Positions 1-8,953 of a stretch of 64,000 bases of DNA are shown in pieces; the first letter of the stretch is position 1, and each line of letters starts with the position of its first letter. The notes under the pieces are model-generated. The model did not search any database. It was not told the origin of the DNA and saw only the letters and a program-made list of their open reading frames with translations. The position numbers and the translations under genes were made by a program. The DNA is from an uncultured delta proteobacterium. GTDB lineage: Bacteria > Myxococcota_A > Polyangia > Fen-1088. The DNA lies in NCBI GenBank assembly GCA_963796685.1, contig CAWCMR010000025.1, positions 1,024,001 to 1,088,000 of the forward strand, written 5' to 3'.

Positions 1-1208
1 ATCTGCTGGTGCTGCCGTTCTTCGTGCTCGTCTCCTATCGCCTGGCCAAGTCGCTGGGCGGTGAGACCTTCGGCGTGGCCGCTGCCCTGCTGGTCTCGGC
101 CCATCCCATCACCCTCATCTGCGTGCGCTCGGGCGGTTTCGATTTCTTCACGGCGTTCTTCTCCGTCCTCGTGGTCAAGAGCTTCCTCGACCACTGCCGC
201 GCCCCCTCCGCCGACCGCCTGGCCGTGTTGTGGATGAACCTGTGCATGTTCGCGGAGATCCGCTACGAGACGGGGCTATTCATCGCACCGGTGGTCTTCT
301 TTCTCCTGGTCTTCCGCCTGGCAAAGCTTTCGTATCTGCGCCCCTACCGCGTGATCTACGCGCTCACGCCCGCCTTTCTCTTGCCCCGGATCTGGCAGGC
401 CATCCTGCGCGGGAACGTGCCCGAGCAGGATCCCGGCGCCGTCCCATTCAGCGTCGGCCATCTCATCACCAACACGGTCGTGTACTTCAAGACCATCGCC
501 ACACCGTTCGACAACCGTACCTCGCACGCCGCGTTCGTCATCGCCCTCGGGGTCATCGGCCTCATCCTCGCCACGCGCTGGATGGTCAAGCGCCTGCTGC
601 CGCCCGATCGTCCGGTTCCCGAGCTCCAGTTCTCCGCCCTGGTGGTGGGCTGGATGGTCCTCCAGCTCATCATCGTCTTCACCTATGTCTGGGGAAGGCC
701 CGAGCATCCGGCTTCCGCGCGGCTCATCATCGTCATCGACACCTTCTTCTCCTTTCTTGCCGCATGGGCGGTGGCGGGGACCCTGGGGCGCCTCAAGCCG
801 GTCTTGTCCACCATCGTTTGCGTGGCGCTTTTCGCCATGTACGTTCCCATCGCGGCCCAGAGCCGCCTCATCAACGAGCTGACCCTCACCCGGGAGGCCG
901 CCACGACCTGGCGATTCTTCGAAAGCCTGCACGAGAACCGCATTCTCATTGTCACGGAGCGGCCGGGGCTGTTCACGGTCATGAACTACGGCTCCGTCGA
1001 TTTCGAGGAGGCCAAGCGCGACCCCAGCGTGCTCGAGGGTCTGGCGCGCCACCTCTACTACGACATCTACCTCGTGCAGCAGGTCGACCTTGCCACGAAC
1101 AAGGTCATGCCCCAATACGAGATCTGGCCCGGGCGAGCGAGCATCCCCATGCTCGAGTTCCAGAACGACGCCAACGCCACCGTGCGCATCTCACGCCTGG
1201 TGCACTGA
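1..1208 (+). CDS. Multi-pass membrane protein, GT-C/ArnT-PMT-like glycosyltransferase (5'-truncated by window)
   Basis: Frame is open to the window edge; many TM helices; 'AALLVSAHP' and 'IRYETGL' segments resemble family-39-like membrane glycosyltransferases; soluble C-terminal domain. Confidence 0.6.
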   Translation, partial: LLVLPFFVLVSYRLAKSLGGETFGVAAALLVSAHPITLICVRSGGFDFFTAFFSVLVVKSFLDHCRAPSADRLAVLWMNLCMFAEIRYETGLFIAPVVFFLLVFRLAKLSYLRPYRVIYALTPAFLLPRIWQAILRGNVPEQDPGAVPFSVGHLITNTVVYFKTIATPFDNRTSHAAFVIALGVIGLILATRWMVKRLLPPDRPVPELQFSALVVGWMVLQLIIVFTYVWGRPEHPASARLIIVIDTFFSFLAAWAVAGTLGRLKPVLSTIVCVALFAMYVPIAAQSRLINELTLTREAATTWRFFESLHENRILIVTERPGLFTVMNYGSVDFEEAKRDPSVLEGLARHLYYDIYLVQQVDLATNKVMPQYEIWPGRASIPMLEFQNDANATVRISRLVH

Positions 1209-1246
1209 GACTAAGGGCTCGAACGCCCGCGGTTCATTCGACCGGG

Positions 1247-3334
1247 TCAGTTTCGACTGGCGTCGGGGTTGTTGACGGCGAGCCACGCGATGACGTTTTC
1301 CCAGAATGCCGCAGCCTGGTAGGGAGGCGGCGAAGCGCAGGTGGCGGGCTGGGGAATGTCGTAGGTGTCCGGTGTCGAGGTACTCCACAGCGTGTTGTAG
1401 GTCAGCCATTCATCACCCCACGCGACCACACGGCCACCGAGGGCGCCCCCAATGTCCTCTGCCGTGTAGCCGACGTATTGCCAATTCGTCGGCGTCGCAA
1501 TACTGCTCCAGTTGCACGCGGCCGGTGGGCCGGCGTTGCACCGGTTGCTGGTTTGAATCGGTCGCGGGCATTGCACGTTCGCACTGACCTTCGGGGGCGG
1601 CGGACTCGGAGACATCAAGGGGATCACCGTCACTATCGGAACGGCACCTCGGATTTCCAGGCGGTTCACCGGCGTCACGAAGCCAAACGGAGGGCTGCTG
1701 GTCGAAAAGTCGTCCCCACCCGGGCAAGGGATGCCGGCCACGTTCGCGCACAAGTCGACACCGTTGGGATTTTCGAGCGACTTGACTACGGTCCCGGTAT
1801 CCAAGCCGTTGGTGGTTTCGTAGGCAAGGCCGATTTGCCTGAGAATCGCGTTGGCGTTTTTCACCTGCGGGGCGTCGTAGTAGTAGCCCATGGTCGTCAC
1901 GAGCCCGTTGCCTTTCTGCAGCCAGTCGGTGATGACCGCGACCTCGGCCGCGGTCAGAGCCGGCTGGTTCCCCACCATGTAGGAGGTGCTGCCCGTGGGG
2001 CACTTGGTGCAATCCCCCCCAGGGCACGCCTGGGGAAACCCAGCGGCGTTGCCGTAGCACCAGTGTCCGCCCCCGTTGCTACAGCCAGTGGTGAAGTGGC
2101 TGACACAGCCCCAGCGATCGACGTTGGAGTGATAGATGTCGAGCACGATGAGCACGTTGTAGGGATCGAGGTCTTCCTTCTTGAGTTGACCGTTACCGAA
2201 GTTGATGATGCTCCCGATGGGCTGGCAACCTCCGAAGTTCTGATCCAACCACGCACGGAACATGGCCGAGCCGCTGTCGTTCGTGCTGGGAGATACGTAG
2301 GAGTTCCAGACGCCCCATACACCCATGGTGGCGACTCTCGCGCCATGGAAATTCTTACAGCCGCTGGTGCCGCCCGTGCCGCCGCCCCCCGTGCCACCAC
2401 CACCCGTGCCACCACCCGCGCCGCCAACGCCACCGGCCGCGCCCGTGCCAGGCATGGTACCGAATACGCCCCCATTGCCGTCCCCGCCGGCGCCGCCGAC
2501 CGCGCCACCGGCCCCGCTGCCCGAGGCACCACCGTTCGACGAAGGCCCAGGGCTGGTGACCACGAGGCCATTCTGAACCGAGGAGTTGTCGTCGCAACCA
2601 TTGGCCCCGGAAGCGCACAGGGCCGACAGGGGGGCCCCGGTGCCAAGGCCCGCGCCGCGGCTGGGGGACATGGTCACTTCCAGGACGACGCGTGTCCTGC
2701 CATCCGAGGCCACGCCCTCCGACCGGACGACGACCACATTGTTGGGCGGCACCCCCGCGGGCGGAGGCGTCGCGCAGGACTCCACGCCAACCACCACGCC
2801 ACCGTCCACGCCGCCGCCAGGCGCGGTGTCGCAGGTGAAATTGCCCATGCGGCAGTCCCTCATGTCCTGCCGGATGTACACCGTGTACTTTCCCATGGTC
2901 GAGCTGACGAACGCGGCCCCGCCCGTGCCAGGCAGATCGCCGCTGCGATTCAACGCCGGGTAGTCGATGTCGACCAGGGGCGTTCCATTCTCCCGGAGGA
3001 TGGCGCCACGGCGCTCGCCCTCGCACTGATCGGTGTTCTGAATGGGATCGTCGGCCGGATTGCTGACCGTGGGAGCAAGCAGGGCGGGCATGTTCGGCGT
3101 CAGAGCCGGATTGTTGAGAATGGCCCGCCCGCGCTCGATGCCCGCCTCGGCGACCACCAGGGCCTGGTTGCGCAGATTGATGTTGGAATTCATCTGGATG
3201 CTGCCGCCGGTGAGAAACAAGCCGGTCATCCCCAATCCGAGGAGTGCGATCATGACGATGAGGACGACCATGAGGATCGCGCCTCGATCCCTGTTGCGCT
3301 GGCGACTGCTGTTGTCTGCGATGGCGGTGTTCAT
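1247..3334 (-). CDS. PilX-like minor pilin N-terminal domain fused via a Gly-rich linker to a Cys-rich C-terminal domain
   Basis: N-terminus 'RGAILMVVLIVMIALLGLG...NQALVVAEAGIE' is the PilX-type pilin helix (lacks Glu+5); RBS GAGGAG upstream; follows pilV/pilW-like genes. Confidence 0.8.
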   Translation of the reverse strand: MNTAIADNSSRQRNRDRGAILMVVLIVMIALLGLGMTGLFLTGGSIQMNSNINLRNQALVVAEAGIERGRAILNNPALTPNMPALLAPTVSNPADDPIQNTDQCEGERRGAILRENGTPLVDIDYPALNRSGDLPGTGGAAFVSSTMGKYTVYIRQDMRDCRMGNFTCDTAPGGGVDGGVVVGVESCATPPPAGVPPNNVVVVRSEGVASDGRTRVVLEVTMSPSRGAGLGTGAPLSALCASGANGCDDNSSVQNGLVVTSPGPSSNGGASGSGAGGAVGGAGGDGNGGVFGTMPGTGAAGGVGGAGGGTGGGGTGGGGTGGTSGCKNFHGARVATMGVWGVWNSYVSPSTNDSGSAMFRAWLDQNFGGCQPIGSIINFGNGQLKKEDLDPYNVLIVLDIYHSNVDRWGCVSHFTTGCSNGGGHWCYGNAAGFPQACPGGDCTKCPTGSTSYMVGNQPALTAAEVAVITDWLQKGNGLVTTMGYYYDAPQVKNANAILRQIGLAYETTNGLDTGTVVKSLENPNGVDLCANVAGIPCPGGDDFSTSSPPFGFVTPVNRLEIRGAVPIVTVIPLMSPSPPPPKVSANVQCPRPIQTSNRCNAGPPAACNWSSIATPTNWQYVGYTAEDIGGALGGRVVAWGDEWLTYNTLWSTSTPDTYDIPQPATCASPPPYQAAAFWENVIAWLAVNNPDASRN

Positions 3335-3361
3335 GGTGACTCTCCTCGAATCCAGGGCGGA

Positions 3362-4717
3362 TCACTGAGGCTTGTTGTTGCGCGGGTAGACGGTCGTGCT
3401 GAGCACGCGACGGCGGAAGGCGTCCGTGGGCCGCGGCGAGGCCTGACGGTGGTCCTCGATATCGATGGGCCCGTTGCCCGAGATGGAGGCGATCAAGTCA
3501 TCGGGGGCAAGGGAGCGAGCGACCATGGTGAGGCGGACCCCGGTGGGCAAATTGCAGAAGCCGTCGGTCCCCGCGGCTGGCAAGACGTCCCCGGGCACGT
3601 TGTTCCACCATTCGTCGGTCGTGCGAGCTGCGTCGTTGGTGTGGCCGGCGTTGTCGACACCCTCGTTCAAGGTTCCGTCCATGGCGGTCAGGTCGTGCGC
3701 CGCGAGGGTGCCGGTGTCGCAGGCGAAGGACACCTGCAGATCCTCGATGCCCTCGGCGAGAGGCTGCGGTGTAGCGGCATCGCCGGCGAACTGCCGCTGC
3801 ATCATCATCAACTTCGGGATGCCGTTCGCGCCCTCCTGCTGGATGAAGAAGCTGACCCACGTGAGCGCGCCGAAGTTGCGCGCGCCCGCCACTCCCGAAT
3901 CGTAGGCGGTGCTTAGGGAGGATCCGGTCGCTGGGTCGACGGGAAGGAACAAGGGTTTGATATCGCCGGTCGGGTTCCAGATGCTGCCGGAGCTACCGCT
4001 CAGATGAGGCAGGGCTGCAGCCTGCACGGTGGGCGTGACTTGGAACAAGGCGCAGCCGCGGTCGGCCGTCGGATTGGCCCCATAGCCCCAATCGTTGAGC
4101 GTGAGCAGGAGCACGAATTCCCACGGGCGGAACATGCTCCCCGTGCTGACGCCGGCCAACGGGATGGGAACGCCCGGGTCGGTCGTGGTCAGGCCGGCGA
4201 GCTCGATGTCGTAGTCGGTGCCCGACGTGCGGTTGCCGAACGCGACGGTGATGATGTCGGTACCGGCGAGAACGTGCAGAGCGGCGTCGGTCGTGGAGGT
4301 GGCGGGGTCGTTGTTGACGATCCACAGCGGCGGGATCCACTGCACGCCGCTGGTGGCGGGATCGAACGCGCGCACCCCGGTTTGCGGCCGCGTGTCCAGA
4401 TTGTTGGTCAAGGGCCCGGGGCTGGGGTACGTGCTCTTGATCCGCGATCCATTCGCAGCCGCCGCATCGGCGTAGCTTGCGGGCCTCACGCATCCGTACA
4501 TGCCGGTTCCCGCCCCGCGGGTGTAGCGGGCCAAGACTTCCATGGCGGCCCACAGGTTCTGCTGGATGTTGAGCACCTTGGTCTGGGTCTCGTAGATGCG
4601 CTGCTGGCCGGCGAAGAACATGAAGGTGGAGGCCGCGATGATCGAGGAGATGATCAGGGTGATCATGATCTCGACCAGGGTCATGCCTCTGTCCGGCCTC
4701 CATCTGGCGATCACCAC
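3362..4717 (-). CDS. PilW-like minor type IV pilin
   Basis: Prepilin cleavage motif 'RG|MTLVEIMI'; C-terminal 'LAEGIEDLQVSF' and 'RRRVLSTTVYPRN' are PilW-like; GTG start overlaps the upstream stop, with GGAGG RBS. Confidence 0.8.
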   Translation of the reverse strand: MVIARWRPDRGMTLVEIMITLIISSIIAASTFMFFAGQQRIYETQTKVLNIQQNLWAAMEVLARYTRGAGTGMYGCVRPASYADAAAANGSRIKSTYPSPGPLTNNLDTRPQTGVRAFDPATSGVQWIPPLWIVNNDPATSTTDAALHVLAGTDIITVAFGNRTSGTDYDIELAGLTTTDPGVPIPLAGVSTGSMFRPWEFVLLLTLNDWGYGANPTADRGCALFQVTPTVQAAALPHLSGSSGSIWNPTGDIKPLFLPVDPATGSSLSTAYDSGVAGARNFGALTWVSFFIQQEGANGIPKLMMMQRQFAGDAATPQPLAEGIEDLQVSFACDTGTLAAHDLTAMDGTLNEGVDNAGHTNDAARTTDEWWNNVPGDVLPAAGTDGFCNLPTGVRLTMVARSLAPDDLIASISGNGPIDIEDHRQASPRPTDAFRRRVLSTTVYPRNNKPQ

Positions 4718-5214
4718 GACTTCCTCCGCTCGAGATCCAGGCGGGTCGTCTTGGTTACCCCGACATCGTTGTTGTAGCTCACGATGACCGACACGACGTA
4801 GGGCAAGGTCGCACCAAGATCCACGACCTTCCACTGCCGGCGCCAGCGGTAGGCCGAGAGGTCGGCGGCCACGGGAGTCTTGGGCGTGCCGTCGACCTCG
4901 CACAGACAGGCACCCTCGGCATCGACGTACTCGGGAAGCGGCGTGGTCCCGTCGGCGCCCTTGGGCCACCAATTGTTGAACAGGGAAAGTGGTTTCAGCC
5001 CCATCGCCGTGTCAACAGGCTCCGTCACGGTGTTCCGGCTGGACAGCTCATCGAGCTTCTGCGAGGCCAGGCGCATGGCGACGGCGGCGTCGTTGGCGCT
5101 CTTCGAGGCGCTGATGATGGACTGCTGAACCGCGAGCGTGCCCATCAGGCCGATGGTGCCGATGAGCATGGCGATCATGACCTCGAGCAGCGTGAAACCC
5201 GATTCGCGCTTCAT
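4711..5214 (-). CDS. PilV-like minor type IV pilin
   Basis: 'MKRESG|FTLLEVMIAMLI' prepilin motif; size and position upstream of pilW/pilX-like genes. Confidence 0.8.
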   Translation of the reverse strand: MKRESGFTLLEVMIAMLIGTIGLMGTLAVQQSIISASKSANDAAVAMRLASQKLDELSSRNTVTEPVDTAMGLKPLSLFNNWWPKGADGTTPLPEYVDAEGACLCEVDGTPKTPVAADLSAYRWRRQWKVVDLGATLPYVVSVIVSYNNDVGVTKTTRLDLERRKSW

Positions 5215-5297
5215 GTCTGTGTCCACAGCTTGGCGTGGATGACCACCCCGAGTCCGGTCAGGGTGAGATGCGCGATGCTATGACGGACGGTCGCCAT
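5211..5297 (-). pseudogene. 28-codon mini-ORF at the expected fimU/fimT position (possible collapsed gene)
   Basis: GGAGG-ACC-ATG start; MATVRHSIAHLTLTGLGVVIHAKLWTQT*; stop overlaps the pilV ATG (ATGA). Confidence 0.4.
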
Positions 5298-5317
5298 GGT
5301 CCTCCGGGATGTATGCC

Positions 5318-5334
5318 TGCAAACGTGCGGCCAG
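5318..5334 (-). promoter_or_regulatory. Putative sigma54 (-24/-12) promoter of the pilin cluster
   Basis: Minus strand CTGGCCGCACGTTTGCA = GG-N10-GC with TGGC and TTGCA boxes, about 20 bp upstream of the first start codon. Confidence 0.55.
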
Positions 5335-5491
5335 CCGAGATCACTGGAATTTCTGCCCTGATCATAGAGCATGCACCGGCAGCACTAGGAAAACATTTCA
5401 TGGGGCCATTTCATGGCGCGCAAATGGGTGCGTGCTCCGAGGTAGGAGAAGACCCACAAAGTGAGCGCATTCCGCAGGAGGGGAGGCAGCT

Positions 5492-6322
5492 TCAATCCGC
5501 CTCCACTTCGGCCAGGCCGCCTCCTGTCTTGAAGTAGGAGAGCACCTCGATGCGCAGGTGGGTCACGCAATCCGCGCGCAAGTCGAAATCGAGGGGGGAT
5601 CGCCCGGCCACGATCCCGGCAAAGCGCCCCTCCGCCGAGGCAGCGGCCTGATACTGGCAATACAAAGTGACCCGCACGCGCTCGCAGCCACGATCCTGGT
5701 AGTAGACGTTGTGCGCATTCAGGAGGCGAACGTGGCGGACCGTGCGCGGCGAGGGAAAGTGGACTTCCAGCCAACCGGGCGTGCCATCGGGCAAAAGCCA
5801 TTCGGTGGCCTCCGAACCGTCGATGGCGTTGGCAGCGGCGTGCTTCGATGAATAGACGGCCGAGGCCGTGGCAAAGGGCCGCCCCCACAGGCACCACATG
5901 ACCACCGCCATCGACACGAGCGCGGCGCCGGCCGCCACGGCCGCCAGCAAGCGAACCCGTGGCCGCGCGAACGGCGGGTCCAGATGCCAAACCGTGAAGC
6001 GATAGAGGCGTTCGATCTCTCCCCAAGTTGCTTCGGCTGCGACGGGTGCTCCCGGTCGCGCCGCGAGCACGGCGCGAAGGCGCTCGACGCGCGGATAGCC
6101 GGCGCGTTCGAGGGCCGTGAAGGCACCCGCATCTTGGTCCCCCGACTCGTCGTCGGCAAGGGCATCTGCACCGCGCTCGGGAACCCAGGCCGCGAGAAGA
6201 ACCTCCAGCGCCTTGGTGAAATACGCATGACATTCGGGCAAGAGGTCTTCGCGAAAGAGCGCACGACCGCAGTCGAGCGCGCGCCGCGCCTCCTTGGTGG
6301 CCCGGGCCAAGGCCAAGCTCAT
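5492..6322 (-). CDS. Membrane-anchored protein with C-terminal discoidin/F5-8 type C (galactose-binding-like) domain
   Basis: 'ATASAVYS..HAAANAIDGSEATEWL...WLEVHF' discoidin signature after one TM helix; ATG overlaps the upstream stop (ATGA). Confidence 0.7.
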   Translation of the reverse strand: MSLALARATKEARRALDCGRALFREDLLPECHAYFTKALEVLLAAWVPERGADALADDESGDQDAGAFTALERAGYPRVERLRAVLAARPGAPVAAEATWGEIERLYRFTVWHLDPPFARPRVRLLAAVAAGAALVSMAVVMWCLWGRPFATASAVYSSKHAAANAIDGSEATEWLLPDGTPGWLEVHFPSPRTVRHVRLLNAHNVYYQDRGCERVRVTLYCQYQAAASAEGRFAGIVAGRSPLDFDLRADCVTHLRIEVLSYFKTGGGLAEVEAD

Positions 6323-8035
6323 GGAACGCTCCCGACGGGCATTTTGACCGGGAACCGCCAGGACCAAGGACCGTAACCGTGTAGCAGGGCCAACCCGAGC
6401 CCGAGCGCGGAGAGCATGCTGAGGAGCGTTCCGACCGAAGCCGCGGCCGGCACGCCGAACCAAAGCCGCAGTCGGTACAGGCCAGGGGCGGGCAAGTGCA
6501 GACGCAGCAGCCCCCGGCCATCCGTCTCGAGCTCGGCGTGCGCATCCCCCGGTCCCGTATCGGTGGTCACGGCCCAACCCGGGAAGGCGTGCAGGGCCAG
6601 CCCCACGCTCGCTCCGTCATGCTCGGCGCGAAGGGCGAGGATGTGATGGCTGCCTTGGCTGCTCGTGTGCTCCACGGTCGCGCCGTCCGTGGATGCGACC
6701 AGAGCGCCAGAAGCCTGCTTGGGCGCGACCGCGGCTCGCTGGGGGAGGAATTCATCCGCTTCGGTTGTCGAGAGCACCCATTGACGGATGTTTTCCGCGT
6801 CCAATGGCACCTGGTCGGTGGACATTTCTCTTGCAGAAGCATAGGGCCACGCAACCACGAACAACAACGCGCCGACGCCGACCACGGCGATGCGGCTCTT
6901 CAGCGACTCGCTCAACCGCTCGCCAGCCGCCGCACTGCCGATGCCCAGCGCCACGCTGGCAAGCAACGCCACGGGGCCAAGGAGCCGCCACGGGAACTGG
7001 ATGAACGGCGCAAACGGCACGCGATGAGGCGCCCAAAAGGGCCTGCCTTGTGGCAACACCAAGAATACCAGCAGCGCCGCGAAGCCCATCCACGCGAGCG
7101 CCGGCCAGGCCCGCCGTGGGCGCCACGCCAACCCGAGCAGCACGACGACGAGCACGCCAAGCAGCATGGGACCCATGCGCAGAAAGTTGCGGGAGAACTC
7201 GGGCGTCCTGCTCGCGAAGAGCATGGCCAGGCTGATCCAGTTCTCCTGCGGGTCGTAGACGCTCGTGACCATCCCCGGTGTGTTCACGATGCCCCGGTAG
7301 GCCATCGCGGGCACGAGGTACACGGCGGCGAGCCCGAGTGCGCTGATCATGGCACCCACCAGCAGCAGCGCTCGGCGGATGGCCCGTCGAGCAGCGAAGC
7401 GGACCACGGAAGCCAGCACGATGAGCCCGACCACGAGCGTGCCCCACAGGCCCATAATCGCGTGCGTCATGATCATGACGGCGTGGGCGACCGCGGCCGC
7501 GACCGCGAGCCGCTGCGCCCGCCGGGGTAGCGCCTCGCGGGCAGCCGCGCGGTAAAGCGCGACGACCACGGGCAAAAGCGCGAGGCAGGCGAGCTCCGCG
7601 AGATCGCCCCGCTCGTAGAGGTCGCCGAGCCGGTAAGGCGCCGCCAGATAGGCCACCGAGCCGAGCAGCGCTGCATCGCGATCGCGGGTCTCGCCAAAAA
7701 CGAGCGCATAGGCACCAGCGCCCGCGAGAATCGAGGCCAGCAACATGACAACCTTCAGCGACCAGAAGGCGTCGAGCACGGTGGCATGAAGAAGACCGGC
7801 GATGCCGTAGACCACCGGGCCGTGGAAGATGAAGAAGGGCGAGCCGTAGCCCCCGTAGAAGTCGGGGCACCAGCGCGGGTACAGCGCACCGGCACGCAAC
7901 TCCACCGCCCACTCGACCGTCCGCACCGCATACGACACCATCTCGTGGCTCGAAGAACCAGTCGAGCCGGGCGAGCGGGACCCAGAGGCCGATGGCCACT
8001 CCGAGCACGAGGAGAAACCTGATGTCGCGTAGCAT
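6319..8035 (-). CDS. 6-pyruvoyl-tetrahydropterin-synthase-related/YfhO-like GT-C membrane protein (frameshift near 7953)
   Basis: 'YPRWCPDFYGGYGSPFFIFHGP', 'YLAAPYRLGDLYERGDLAE' and 'IQFPWRLL' motifs; N-terminal TM segment MLRDIRFLLVLG lies in an adjacent frame joined by one extra base. Confidence 0.75.
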
Positions 8036-8055
8036 GCTTTGAGTGCGCCGGGAAT

Positions 8056-8664
8056 CTACGGCGACGTCGGGACTGAAAGGTCCAGCGGTTCGACTTCCGA
8101 GAGAGTCTTCGAGCGTGCCTGGCCGTCCATGGTGTAGTCGATGCGCAATTGTTTGCTCGTGTGGCTGGCCGGATCGCCAAAGGTGGCATTGTAGTTGTCC
8201 GCGGACAGGCTGTTGTCCTTGACCATATCGGCCAGCCTCAAGGTAAGGTCGATGGTCCGCCCGCCCACGAAATCGCCGTACTCGGCCTTGGTCACGACGA
8301 GGCGAAGCGGCGCAGGCTTCTCGTCGTAGCCGACCGTCAGGGTTCCGCTTTCCCCGACCAGCTTCTTCGCCAGCACGCCGCCCTTCCGGTACACCACCCT
8401 CAGATACTTGATCTTGCCCTCGGCCGGATCGCCGAGCAGGGCGGTCGTCGCGGTCACGCTCAGAGCGTCCTTCTTGACCAAGCCGCGGACGAGCTCGGTT
8501 ACGTCCGTGGTCAGGCCCTGGTAGAGCGCGCCCCACAGCGCGTTCACGACGACCAACTTGTGTGGATCGACGGTGGGCGCGGCGGGCTGCTTGCTCTTGC
8601 AGGCAGCCCCGCCAGCGACAATCGCGGCGGCAAGAACCACGGTGGCGGGAACGCGACGGATCAT
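8056..8664 (-). CDS. Lipoprotein with two tandem DUF3395-like domains
   Basis: Lipobox GAAC; two repeats of 'V..A.(W/Y)G....DVT..(V/L)...V...LS......GDPA....K.LR(V/I).Y'. Confidence 0.65.
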   Translation of the reverse strand: MIRRVPATVVLAAAIVAGGAACKSKQPAAPTVDPHKLVVVNALWGALYQGLTTDVTELVRGLVKKDALSVTATTALLGDPAEGKIKYLRVVYRKGGVLAKKLVGESGTLTVGYDEKPAPLRLVVTKAEYGDFVGGRTIDLTLRLADMVKDNSLSADNYNATFGDPASHTSKQLRIDYTMDGQARSKTLSEVEPLDLSVPTSP

Positions 8665-8754
8665 CCGTCCAGTATAGCGCTCCTTGCCGACCGTTGAGAG
8701 GAGTCGCCACGCGCCGCCGTGTGCGGTGCAGTCAAGACGAGGCAGGAGAAGCTA

Positions 8755-8924
8755 GCCCCTCACCCTGTCCCTCTCCCCGGCTGACGCCGGGGCGAGGGGA
8801 CTTGCTTGTTGGATCGCTTCCTTGCCCTCCCACCGTTGGGCGCCACAACGGCTGGCGCCGAGGCGCCGAACGCCCCCTCGCCCCGCGCAGCGAAGCGAAG
8901 CGGGGAGAGGGTTGGGGTGAGGGG
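8755..8924. repeat. Inverted pair of BoxC/PIT-like palindromic repeats
   Basis: CCCCTCACCCTGTCCCTCTCCCCGG..CCGGGGCGAGGGG (8755-8801) and the opposite-orientation copy at 8873-8924. Confidence 0.85.
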
Positions 8925-8953
8925 TCTGTCCTGGTGGCTCTCCGCGCCCGGCG

